A DNA stretch of 64,000 nt, from contig DASPGH010000051.1 in NCBI GenBank assembly GCA_035620735.1, positions 563 to 64,562 of the forward strand, written 5' to 3'. Shown here piece after piece: positions 45,648 to 54,747 of this stretch (positions are counted from its first letter, which is position 1; each line of letters starts with the position of its first letter). The notes beneath the pieces were generated by a model. That model made no database searches, was not told where the DNA came from, and worked only from the letters and a program-made list of their open reading frames with translations. The translations under genes and the position numbers were made by a program. Source of the DNA: Acidimicrobiia bacterium. Its GTDB lineage: Bacteria; Actinomycetota; Acidimicrobiia; Spongiisociales; ZC4RG35.

Positions 45648-46766
45648 ATGCTGCGAGGCAGTTTCACCCACAGGGGTAGCCCCGAGCTGGAGACGACCCT
45701 GCGTCGTATGGTCGTCGTATTCCGGCTGCTCGGCTGGATCTGGATGGCCCTTCTCGTAATTGTCACGGTCCTCTCCGACCCGCCGCCACGTCTCTGGATC
45801 GTCTACGCAGCGTTGGGATTGGCCACGATCTGGACCCTTCTCACCTGGTACATGGCCAGAAGCCACCCGAAGCAGCTGGCGGGCGGAGGATGGTTTGCGG
45901 TGGACACGATCGTCATGCTCGCCATCGGTGCCGCCTCGGTGGCCTCAGGAGCCAACGAGCTTTTTCATGGCGGCCTGCCTCTGTCATATGTGTTCGTCGG
46001 GTCTTTGTGGGGCGGTCTCCCCGGCTCATTGGTGGCCGCCATCCTCCTCGCCGCCGAGCAATTCGCCGTCCATGTCATCGCCGAGCTGGGAGCGGTTCGA
46101 GCGGCAGGCAGCATCATCTTCTTCATCGTCGCCGCCATCGTCGGCTGGACCTTTGACCGTCTCCGCGACTACGACATCGCCCGGCAACGTGCCGAAGGGG
46201 CGCTAGCCGCGGAGCGTGAAGCCGTCGCAGCCCATGAGGCTCGTGTCACACTGGTCAACAAGCTCCACGACTCGGTGCTCCAGACTTTCCATGCCATACG
46301 CATGGGAGCAGACGACCCTGCCCAGTCGCGCTATCTCGCCCGTCGCCAGGAGCGCGAACTCCGACGCAACATCGAAGAGTGGCGCTCTCAGTACCCACAC
46401 TCGTTCCGGGCGGCGATCCTCGCGGTTCGCGACGACGTAGAGGACATCCACCGGGTCGAGATCGAGGCCGTGGTGAGGGATGACGCCGCGCTGACACCGG
46501 AGCTCGAAGCCGGCATAGAGACCGCCCGCGAGGCTTTGACCAATGCTGTCAAGCACTCCGGCGCACAACGCATCTCGATCTTCTCGGAGGTAGTCGACGG
46601 AACTGCTTCCATCCACATCCGGGACGATGGTCAGGGGATCAACGGAACCGACGTGAGCCGTCTCTCGAAACGTCTGAATCAGCGGGTGGAATCGGTGGGT
46701 GGCCTCGTAACCGTCGACAGTGGCGGCTCCGACGGCACCGAAGTGAAGATCACGGTGGGAGCCTGA
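45648..46766 (+). CDS. sensor histidine kinase (HisKA_3/NarL-partner type)
   Basis: 372 aa with an N-terminal multi-TM region, an H-box LVNKLHDSVLQTF and ATPase motifs EALTNAVKHSGA and DDGQG. The alternative start is ATG 45708. Confidence 0.8.
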   Translation: MLRGSFTHRGSPELETTLRRMVVVFRLLGWIWMALLVIVTVLSDPPPRLWIVYAALGLATIWTLLTWYMARSHPKQLAGGGWFAVDTIVMLAIGAASVASGANELFHGGLPLSYVFVGSLWGGLPGSLVAAILLAAEQFAVHVIAELGAVRAAGSIIFFIVAAIVGWTFDRLRDYDIARQRAEGALAAEREAVAAHEARVTLVNKLHDSVLQTFHAIRMGADDPAQSRYLARRQERELRRNIEEWRSQYPHSFRAAILAVRDDVEDIHRVEIEAVVRDDAALTPELEAGIETAREALTNAVKHSGAQRISIFSEVVDGTASIHIRDDGQGINGTDVSRLSKRLNQRVESVGGLVTVDSGGSDGTEVKITVGA

Positions 46767-47407
46767 TGACACGTCGCATCTTCCTCGTCGACGATCACGA
46801 CGTGGTGCGAGCAGGCATGAAGTCGGTCCTGGACGAGTCCTTCGACATCGTCGGGGAGGCCGCTGACGTCGATGATGCAGTCGACGGGATCCTTCGGACC
46901 GAGCCCGAGATGGTCGTGCTCGATGTGAAGCTCCCCGGGGGCAGCGGCGCAGACGTCATAGAGCGAGTCCGGCAGACCAAGCCGGAGGTCAAGTTCATGG
47001 CGCTGACGGTGTCGTCTTCTCGCGATGACGTGGTCCGGCTCATGCAGGCAGGCGTGGACGGTTACATAACCAAGACCACCGCGAGCAACGAGCTTCCCGA
47101 CCTGATCGACCAGACCCTCGAGGGGCAGCGGCCGGTCTCGGCCGACGTTGCGGCGTTCATGCTCGACATCGACGAGGACATCGAGGTGGGGTCGACCATC
47201 CGACGTCTCACGCCGCGCGAGCGCGAAGTCGTCAACCTGATCGCCCGTGGTTACTCGTATCGTGAGACTGCGGCGCGACTCAGCATCTCGGTGAAGACTT
47301 TGGAGAGCCACATGGGCCACATCTTCGAGAAGCTCTCGGTGGCCAGTCGTCACGAGCTGGCGGCCCTGGCCTACGAGGAGGGGTACGTGGACCCTCCAGG
47401 TCTCTGA
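46766..47407 (+). CDS. response regulator, NarL/LuxR family
   Basis: 213 aa with a receiver domain (LVDDHDVV ... VVLDVKLPGGSG) and a LuxR HTH (LTPREREVVNLIARGYSYRETAARLSISVKTLESH). The start overlaps the kinase stop. Confidence 0.9.
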   Translation: MTRRIFLVDDHDVVRAGMKSVLDESFDIVGEAADVDDAVDGILRTEPEMVVLDVKLPGGSGADVIERVRQTKPEVKFMALTVSSSRDDVVRLMQAGVDGYITKTTASNELPDLIDQTLEGQRPVSADVAAFMLDIDEDIEVGSTIRRLTPREREVVNLIARGYSYRETAARLSISVKTLESHMGHIFEKLSVASRHELAALAYEEGYVDPPGL

Positions 47408-47435
47408 CCACCGCCGAAACAGCCAAACTGTCTAC

Positions 47436-48584
47436 GTGGTCTTCGTCACAGTGGCTGCCGCCGGTGTTCTCGTCGTCGCGCTGTTTCACGTTGTCGCCGG
47501 TTGGCTCTTCTCCAACAGCCTGCGGAGGCAGACCCTCCTGGTTGGGCCCAGGCCGCAGGACCTGGGTGTCTGGGTCCGGGCCGTCTCCGATGGCCGGATC
47601 GAGCTCGAATCGAAGCAGCCCCGTCAGGACATAGGCCATCCTGGGATCCTCGGGATTCGCTGGCCTGACGGGTACGCCCAGGTTGGAGATGTGGTCGCTG
47701 CCTCCGATGGAAGGATCATCCGCGCCTTCACACCTGGGGCCGATGGCGGGCCGCCCGTTTGCATGGGCGACCTGGCGAATTGTGAGCCGGTCCAACTCGA
47801 CAGCTACGCCTACCCGAGCGATCCGGGTGACGTCGACCTCGACTTCTCCGAAGTCGAGTACCTCTCCCCGCTGGGCCCGATTGGAGCTTGGCTCGTGCCC
47901 TCGACCGATTCGAGTGCATGGGCGGTTCATTGTCATGGTTGGACCGCAGAGCGACGGGAGCTCATCAGGATGCTGCCCACCTTCTACCGGCACGGTCGCA
48001 CCTCGCTCGTCATCGACTACCGGGGCGATCCGGAGGCACCCATCGACCCGACCGGGCACTACCGGTTCGGGCTCAGTGAGTGGGAGGACCTCGAGTCCGC
48101 GGTTCGGTTCGCCCTGGACCTGGGTGGGACAGACGTCGTCCTCACCGGATGCAGCACCGGGTCCGCACTCGTGATGGCGTTCCTGGAGCGATCCGAACTG
48201 GCCACTGAGGTCAGCGGTGTCGTCCTGGACGCTCCGAACATCGTCCTCGTCGACACATTTCGTCACGCCATGCGCGACTTGAAGTCCTCCCAGCTCATCA
48301 AGGAAATGGGCATGTGGATCGCCGATCTGCGATGGAGGATCGACTGGGAGGCAACGAACTACGTGCAGCGGGCCGATCGGTTTCTTCATGTGCCGACGCT
48401 CGTCTTCCACGGCAGCTCGGACCTCACCGTGCCCATCTCTTCCAGCAGACAGCTCGAGACTGCCGTGCCCGACCTCGTCGAGTTGGTCGAGACACCTGCC
48501 GCAGGGCACGTGCTCAGTTGGAACGCCAACCCGGAGAGATACGAGACCTACCTCGGCCGCTTTCTGGCCTCGATCCGCACCTGA
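47436..48584 (+). CDS. membrane-anchored alpha/beta hydrolase
   Basis: 382 aa with an N-terminal TM segment, a nucleophile elbow GCSTGSA, and a late FHGSSDLTVP plus an AAGH histidine region. Confidence 0.75.
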   Translation: MVFVTVAAAGVLVVALFHVVAGWLFSNSLRRQTLLVGPRPQDLGVWVRAVSDGRIELESKQPRQDIGHPGILGIRWPDGYAQVGDVVAASDGRIIRAFTPGADGGPPVCMGDLANCEPVQLDSYAYPSDPGDVDLDFSEVEYLSPLGPIGAWLVPSTDSSAWAVHCHGWTAERRELIRMLPTFYRHGRTSLVIDYRGDPEAPIDPTGHYRFGLSEWEDLESAVRFALDLGGTDVVLTGCSTGSALVMAFLERSELATEVSGVVLDAPNIVLVDTFRHAMRDLKSSQLIKEMGMWIADLRWRIDWEATNYVQRADRFLHVPTLVFHGSSDLTVPISSSRQLETAVPDLVELVETPAAGHVLSWNANPERYETYLGRFLASIRT

Positions 48585-48598
48585 GCCGTTGTGATTGT

Positions 48599-48641
48599 GC
48601 GTGTGCAGATACCGGCGTCAGAGCACGGCATCTGCACACAC
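48599..48641. repeat. REP-like imperfect palindrome, copy B
   Basis: GCGTGTGCAGATACCG gcgtcagagca CGGCATCTGCACACAC lies 15 nt after the hydrolase stop. It belongs to the same family as 22351-22393. Confidence 0.65.
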
Positions 48642-48644
48642 TCA

Positions 48645-48778
48645 AGGGTGCAGGCAGGGGACCGGATCGGTCTGGTGGGACGCAACAGGGCGGGCAAGAC
48701 CACCTCGATGCAGACCGGTCGCGGTCTTTGTGCAGTCGAACCTCCACCCCGACGAAGGGTCCGACCGATCGGTATCGT
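48645..48778 (+). pseudogene. remnant of an ABC-F type ATPase gene (Walker A region only)
   Basis: One frame reads AGDRIGLVGRNRAGKTTSM and the next frame reads LHPDEGS, the usual continuation. There is no start, and the remnant is cut off by the fabH 3' end. Confidence 0.5.
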
Positions 48779-49756
48779 CTAAAACTGAACCGCGGCGGCA
48801 GCCCAGTGGAAACCGGCCCCAAATGCGGTCAGGACCACCAGATCGCCCTGCTCGATGCGACCCTGGTTGACCGCCTGCCACATGGCGAACGGGACGGTCG
48901 CCGACCCGGTGTTCCCGTATTTGTCGACGTTGACGAACACAGCCTTCTCGTCGAGACCCATCCTCTTGCGGACGGCGTCGATGATCCTGATGTTGGCTTG
49001 ATGCGGAATCACCAGCTTGACCTCCGTCAGGGAACGACCCACCTTGTCGAGCACGTCAGAGGCCGCGTCGGACATCCGCTTCACGGCCTCGGTGAACACA
49101 CGCCGGCCATCCATGACCAGACGGTTGTAGTCACCGTTGGCCAGGGACTCGGCGTTGAAAGGGTTGCGGGTGCCGCCGGCCGCCAGGGTCAGGATCTCAG
49201 CAGCGCTCCCGTCGGTCCCGGTCACCACGTCGAGAATCTCGGCTCTTCCGCCGTCAGGGCCCAAAACCACCGCTCCCGCCCCGTCACCAAAGAGGACTGC
49301 TGTGGCCCGATCCTTCAGCGAGATCATCCTCGAGATGAGCTCAACCCCGATCACGAGGACTCGCTTCGGCTCCATCAGGATCCTGGATCGGGCGACGTCG
49401 AGTGCCTGGACGAATCCGGCGCAACCACTGCCACCGAGGTCATAGGTGGGGATGTTCCGACAGCCGAGGCGGTTCTGGACGAGTGCAGCGGTGTCCGGGG
49501 TCATCATCTCGGGGGTGTCGGTGGCAAGGACGATCTCGTCTATGTCATCAGGGGTCAGGTCGGCGTCTTTGAGGGCCGAAGCCGCGGCCTGGGTGGCGAG
49601 AGTCATGGTCGACTCGTCGTCCGCTGCGAAACGTCGCTCCTTGATCCCGGTCCGCTGGGTTATCCACTCGTCGGATGTGTCGACTCGTCCCGCCCACTCC
49701 TCGTTGGTGACGACGCGGGCTGGGGCGTACCCACCAAATCCGAGGATGTGTGTCAT
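48779..49756 (-). CDS. fabH: 3-oxoacyl-ACP synthase III
   Basis: 325 aa with the motifs GGSGCAGFVQAL (active Cys), PHQANIRI and GNTGSATVP. Confidence 0.9.
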   Translation of the reverse strand: MTHILGFGGYAPARVVTNEEWAGRVDTSDEWITQRTGIKERRFAADDESTMTLATQAAASALKDADLTPDDIDEIVLATDTPEMMTPDTAALVQNRLGCRNIPTYDLGGSGCAGFVQALDVARSRILMEPKRVLVIGVELISRMISLKDRATAVLFGDGAGAVVLGPDGGRAEILDVVTGTDGSAAEILTLAAGGTRNPFNAESLANGDYNRLVMDGRRVFTEAVKRMSDAASDVLDKVGRSLTEVKLVIPHQANIRIIDAVRKRMGLDEKAVFVNVDKYGNTGSATVPFAMWQAVNQGRIEQGDLVVLTAFGAGFHWAAAAVQF

Positions 49757-49862
49757 GCGGTCAGATTACGAGGACGGTCCCGACTAGGACGTCTCGAACG
49801 CCTCGAGTCGTCTCTCGAACAAGATGCGATGAGGAGCCGGCAAACAGGGCAGTTGCATCGTC

Positions 49863-52745
49863 TCATGAGCGGGGTACCAGACGGACCTCGATCCGCTGGT
49901 CGAGATCGAACGCGATCGACGCCATGGCCTGCACCTCCTCGGGGGTGAGAACGTCGATCATCTGATATCTGTCCGCCACCTCGGCCACGGGCTGATCCGG
50001 GTAGAGATGAGAGGTGACAAGGGCGTTGGCGAGGGTTCGATTGTCCACGAGCTCGAGCTCGTCGCGGAGTTGTTCCACCGCCGTGGCGAACTCTTCCTCA
50101 GTCGGACCGTCTGCTTGCAGAGATTCGAGATCGGCGACGATCTCGTCCGCGATCTGATCGAGACCAGTCGGATCGCCTGTCGACATGATGAAGGCCTCGG
50201 CGAACGGGTCGGGGTCTCGCTGGATGTCGATTCCCGCCTCGATCGAATAGGTCGCCGACAACTCCTCACGGATTCGCTCGCGGAGACGGGCGGTCAGGAT
50301 CAACTCCACGAGACGTGCGTGGAGCCGGTCGGTGAGGTCTCCCTCGAACTCATTGGTGAAGAACATGCCGATCCGGCCCTGGTCGCCGACACCGGCTTCA
50401 ACCATCCTCACCTGCACCTCCCGTGGCGGCAGCGGCTGATGGTCGACGTAGTCGGATGCCTCTCCCGGCCCGGGGAGGGAGCCTATGTAGCTGGCTGCTA
50501 GCTCGGTCATCGCCGCGGTGTCGAAGTCACCGACGAAGACGAAGGCGAAGTCGGCGGCGTCGCCGAAGCTCTCATCGAACAAACGCTGAGCTGTGTCCAC
50601 ATCGAATTCGGCCAGGTCATCAGACGAAGGGATCACGAAATAGCGGGGGTCCTCCCCGTAGTACAGATCGTTGAGCGCCTCCTCGAACAACAGATCGGGA
50701 ACGTCGCCTCTCGATGCGTTCAACGTCTCCATCTCGCTGAGGACAGCATCGACCGCGGTGTCGTCGAAACGGGGCTCGGTCATGGTGAGATGTATCAGCT
50801 GGAACGCCGTCTCGACGTCCTGTATCGATGTGTTGACCTCGAGACCCTGGCGGGTCTCGGTGATCCACGGGAAGACACCCACGATCGCGTCGGCGAGTAC
50901 GCGACGGAGAGCGGGGACGTCGAATTCCCCTACTCCGCTCCGCCCCACGATGTCCGACATCAAGAAGGCCTCGGGAAGGTCGGCCACCTCGACCCGGGAA
51001 GTGCCGCCAAACCCCTCGATCAACCCGAAGACGGCTTCGCGGGCGATGTCACTCTCCCAGAGGTAGACGGTGGCGCCGTTCTCGAACTGCAGTGTCGTGA
51101 ACTCGAACCGGGGGTCGATCGTCGAAGTGATGATCCGGGCCGGTTCGGGGCGCTCCATCAGCTCGTCCCCACCCGGCTCAACATCGTGGCGCTCGTCCAG
51201 CTCGGCTGTGGGCATGGCCGCCACCACCTCGAGGATGCGTGACTCGCCCGGGATCTCGAGCCCTTCGTCATCAGGACCGACCACCAACACCATTGGAGGA
51301 CGGTCCAGGATGGCTGTCAGCGCTGCATTCACATGCTCCGCGGTGATCCGGGACAGGATGCCGGTTTCGATGTCGAACCTCTGACCCGGGCTCATGAGAT
51401 GGGCACCGGAGAGGTGATGGGCGACGATCTGGGTGGTGAATTGGGAGTCCTGGGCACTCTCCCTCTGCTCGTAGATCTGTCGAGAGAAGCTCTCGTAGCT
51501 GCTGAGCTGGCGCTCGAACTCTCCCTCGGTGATGCCTTCCCTCCGGATCCGCTCCACCTCGTCGAGGACCTCGACGAGCCCGCGATCAACCTCGCCTGCC
51601 CGCACCTCGGCGTCGACGCCATCGATCGAGAAAGCCCTGGTCCAGCCGAGATCGACAATCGCCGCGCCCAGCAGGGCGCCGTCACCCGCCGCTGCGTCGT
51701 CGCTCAGCCGATTGGCGAGGATCTCCATCCCTAAGCTCGTGACGATCGATCGTTGATAGTCGCCCACGGTGTCCATCGGTGGGTTCGCCGTCGGCCAGAT
51801 CACGGTCACACCGGCGATCGTCGCCTCCTCATCGACGAAGGAGACGGCCCGCGCCTCGGCCAGCGCCTCGAACTCCGGCTTTTCCCATGCCCGCGGATCA
51901 TCGACCGGCGGGAGGTCGCCAAAAGACTCCGCTATCAGGTCCTCGACGGCCCCGGCGTCGAAGTCGCCGACGGCTACGATCGCCATCCGTTCCGGGTGGT
52001 ACCAGTCGTCGTAAAACCTTCGAAGCTCGCCCGGGGAGGTGGTCTGGATCGAGTCGGCGGTACCGATCGGCTGGTGTCCCTCGTAGACGGTCCCGGGAAG
52101 GACGAGCCTCTCGATCTGCTCGTTGACCCTGGCAGCGAAACCCTGAGCCCGGGTCCGCCACTCGTCGAGGATGACCCCCCGCTCTTCCACGACATCGGTC
52201 TCGGTCAGAGTCGCTCGCGACGCCCACTCGCGGAGCACATCGACACCGAGGACGAGGAGTTCGGGTTTGTCCGTCGTCAGGCCCAGCTCGTAGACGGTCT
52301 CGTCGTATGAGGTGAAGGCGTTGATGTCGGGGCCAAATCGCGGCCCAAACCCTTCCAGGACGTCGATCAGCTCGTTTCGCGGGTAGTTCTCGGTGCCGTT
52401 GAACATCATGTGCTCGAGGAAATGGGCCATTCCCGCCTGGTCGCCGTCTTCTTGCACGGATCCGGCATCGACCAGGAGCCTCAGCTCGGCCCGGCCGCCG
52501 GGCGAGTCGTTCTCCCGGATGTAGTACGTCATGCCATTGTCGAGCTCACCCCGGACCACATCGGGGTCGATGGGTAGAGCCAGCCGAAGAATCGGGTCCT
52601 CGGTGGTGGTTGTGATCGCAGACGCCGACGTGGTCGATTCCGACGGGCTGGTCGTGGTGGTGGGTACGGCCGAGCTGGTGCAGGCTGCAACGACTATGGC
52701 CACGACGGTGCCAGCGGCACACCGTCGGATGCGGTCCCTCAACAT
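49863..52745 (-). CDS. M16 family zinc peptidase lipoprotein (duplicated insulinase-type, PqqL-like)
   Basis: ORF to 52916. ATG 52745 gives the lipoprotein signal MLRDRIRRCAAGTVVAIVVAACTSS. It has the HFLEHMMFNG (HxxEH) motif and two tandem M16 units. Confidence 0.85.
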   Translation of the reverse strand: MLRDRIRRCAAGTVVAIVVAACTSSAVPTTTTSPSESTTSASAITTTTEDPILRLALPIDPDVVRGELDNGMTYYIRENDSPGGRAELRLLVDAGSVQEDGDQAGMAHFLEHMMFNGTENYPRNELIDVLEGFGPRFGPDINAFTSYDETVYELGLTTDKPELLVLGVDVLREWASRATLTETDVVEERGVILDEWRTRAQGFAARVNEQIERLVLPGTVYEGHQPIGTADSIQTTSPGELRRFYDDWYHPERMAIVAVGDFDAGAVEDLIAESFGDLPPVDDPRAWEKPEFEALAEARAVSFVDEEATIAGVTVIWPTANPPMDTVGDYQRSIVTSLGMEILANRLSDDAAAGDGALLGAAIVDLGWTRAFSIDGVDAEVRAGEVDRGLVEVLDEVERIRREGITEGEFERQLSSYESFSRQIYEQRESAQDSQFTTQIVAHHLSGAHLMSPGQRFDIETGILSRITAEHVNAALTAILDRPPMVLVVGPDDEGLEIPGESRILEVVAAMPTAELDERHDVEPGGDELMERPEPARIITSTIDPRFEFTTLQFENGATVYLWESDIAREAVFGLIEGFGGTSRVEVADLPEAFLMSDIVGRSGVGEFDVPALRRVLADAIVGVFPWITETRQGLEVNTSIQDVETAFQLIHLTMTEPRFDDTAVDAVLSEMETLNASRGDVPDLLFEEALNDLYYGEDPRYFVIPSSDDLAEFDVDTAQRLFDESFGDAADFAFVFVGDFDTAAMTELAASYIGSLPGPGEASDYVDHQPLPPREVQVRMVEAGVGDQGRIGMFFTNEFEGDLTDRLHARLVELILTARLRERIREELSATYSIEAGIDIQRDPDPFAEAFIMSTGDPTGLDQIADEIVADLESLQADGPTEEEFATAVEQLRDELELVDNRTLANALVTSHLYPDQPVAEVADRYQMIDVLTPEEVQAMASIAFDLDQRIEVRLVPRS

Positions 52746-52863
52746 CTCCTCACGTGTGTCGAACCATAAGACAGTCCACCGGGTACTTGCCCCACCGTTC
52801 TGTGCCGGTTCGTGCGCACTGAGTCCGCGCAAACCCGCACGGAGCGGTCTTATCCTCGGGTAT

Positions 52864-54507
52864 GTGAGCGACACCCACGAGGTCTTCAACCAGGTGCCTC
52901 CTCTCGAGGGGTACAACCTCTACACGTCCGACCCGGTCCTCGACGAGGCAATAGGTCGTGAGGGTGGCAAAGACTCACGTGACCGGCTCGTCGAGTTCGG
53001 AGAGCTCAGCGGCTCGGCCGAGTATTACAGGTGGGGTTTCGACGCCAATCGCAACGACCCCGAGCTCATCACCCACGACCGCACCGGTAACCGCGTCGAC
53101 CGCGTCGAGTTCCACCCTGCCTGGCACTCGCTCATGGAGACCGCCGTCGCCAACGGCAACCACAGCCTCCCCTGGGAGTCGGACGCGCCTGAAGGTGGTC
53201 ATGTGATACGCGCCGCCCTCACCTACATGTCGGGTCAGGTCGAATCGGGCCACAACTGCCCGATCTCGATGACCTACTCGGTCGTTCCGGCTCTGCAAAC
53301 CACCCCCGAGGTCGCACAGCAGTGGATCCCCGGGATTCTCAGTCGCCACTACGACCCCACCTTCCGTCCAGCGGCTGAGAAAAAGGGACTCCTCATGGGC
53401 ATGGGGATGACCGAGAAGCAAGGCGGGTCCGACGTCCGCGCCAACACGACAACTGCGGTTCCCCTCAACGGTGGAGGGCCCGCGGCGGAGTACGCGATCA
53501 CCGGGCACAAGTGGTTCACTTCGGCTCCGATGTCTGACGCCTTCCTGGTCCTGGCCCAGGCGCCCGGTGGACTCTCCTGTTTCCTGATGCCGCGTTGGAG
53601 CCCGGAAGGTCGGGTCAACGCATTCCACATTCAGCGTCTGAAAGACAAGCTCGGCAACCGCTCCAACGCTTCGTCCGAAGTGGAGTTCGACGGCGCATGG
53701 GCGCTCATGGTCGGGGAGGAAGGACGGGGCGTCCCCACGATCATCGAAATGGTGAACGGGACAAGGCTCGACTGTGTCATCGGCTCGGCGGCTCTCATGC
53801 GCCAGGCGCTGTCGCAGGCGGCGTGGCATGTTTCACACCGGGCCGCGTTCGGATCGAAGCTGATCGACAAACCTCTGATGAGGAATGTGATCGCCGACCT
53901 CGAGATCGAGGCCGAGGCGGCCACGATGATGATGGTACGTCTCGCCGGCGCCTTCGACCGCGCCGGAGCCGACCCGGCCGAGGCCGCCATGAAGAGGATC
54001 GCACTCCCTGTCGCCAAGTACTGGGTCACGAAGCGCACGAGCGAGGTGGTGCGCGAGGCTCTCGAGTGTCTCGGAGGAAACGGATTCGTGGAGGAGTCGA
54101 TCATGCCCCGGCTCTACCGCGAGTCACCCCTCAACGCCATATGGGAGGGCTCGGGCAACGTCATCGCCCTCGATGTCCTCCGCGCCGCCGCCCGCTCCCC
54201 GGACAGTCTCGAGATGTTTCTGGCCGAGATAGATCTCGCCTCGGGCCTCGACGAGCAGCTCGACATGACGATCGACATCGCAAGAAGGGCCCTGAGTGAA
54301 GCGACCGATCTCGAGTTCGAGGCACGGCGGGTGGTGGAGGCGATGGCCGTTGCGTGGGCCGGCTCCCTCCTCGCTCGCCACGAAGAGCCGGCCGTATTCG
54401 AGGCTTTCGCCTCATCCCGTCTCGGGGAGAAGCATGGAAGCCTTTACGGGACGCTGCAGCCGGGAATCGAAGTCGACTCATTGCTGGAGCGAGCCGTTCC
54501 ACGCTGA
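52864..54507 (+). CDS. acyl-CoA dehydrogenase, AidB-like
   Basis: GTG 52864 within ORF 52531..54507 gives VSDTHEVFNQVPPLEGYNLY, an AidB-type N-terminus. It has ACAD motifs MGMTEKQGGSDV and GNGFVEE. Confidence 0.85.
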   Translation: MSDTHEVFNQVPPLEGYNLYTSDPVLDEAIGREGGKDSRDRLVEFGELSGSAEYYRWGFDANRNDPELITHDRTGNRVDRVEFHPAWHSLMETAVANGNHSLPWESDAPEGGHVIRAALTYMSGQVESGHNCPISMTYSVVPALQTTPEVAQQWIPGILSRHYDPTFRPAAEKKGLLMGMGMTEKQGGSDVRANTTTAVPLNGGGPAAEYAITGHKWFTSAPMSDAFLVLAQAPGGLSCFLMPRWSPEGRVNAFHIQRLKDKLGNRSNASSEVEFDGAWALMVGEEGRGVPTIIEMVNGTRLDCVIGSAALMRQALSQAAWHVSHRAAFGSKLIDKPLMRNVIADLEIEAEAATMMMVRLAGAFDRAGADPAEAAMKRIALPVAKYWVTKRTSEVVREALECLGGNGFVEESIMPRLYRESPLNAIWEGSGNVIALDVLRAAARSPDSLEMFLAEIDLASGLDEQLDMTIDIARRALSEATDLEFEARRVVEAMAVAWAGSLLARHEEPAVFEAFASSRLGEKHGSLYGTLQPGIEVDSLLERAVPR

Positions 54508-54552
54508 TCGCCCATTCAGCATTCGTTAAGACCTCCCCGTAGCTTCAGCGCC

Positions 54553-54747
54553 ATGACCACGGTCATCCTGCGTATTTACGAGGACCGCTCCGGAGGGTTA
54601 CGGGGGACCATCGAGGTGCCCGGTGGCACCTCGAGGACTTTCTGCTCGGACGAGGACCTCCTTGATGCCATCTACGAGTGGTCGGAGCTGTGTCAGCCCG
54701 GGAAGGGCTCCGGCTCCACATCGATTTCGGCCATACGGGTGACGTAG
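54553..54747 (+). CDS. possible small protein (64 aa)
   Basis: MTTVILRIYEDRSGGLRGTIEVPGGTSRTFCSDEDLLDAIYEW has coding-like composition. The last 55 nt are antisense to the regulator's C-terminus. There is no clear RBS and no family was recognised. Confidence 0.3.
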   Translation: MTTVILRIYEDRSGGLRGTIEVPGGTSRTFCSDEDLLDAIYEWSELCQPGKGSGSTSISAIRVT

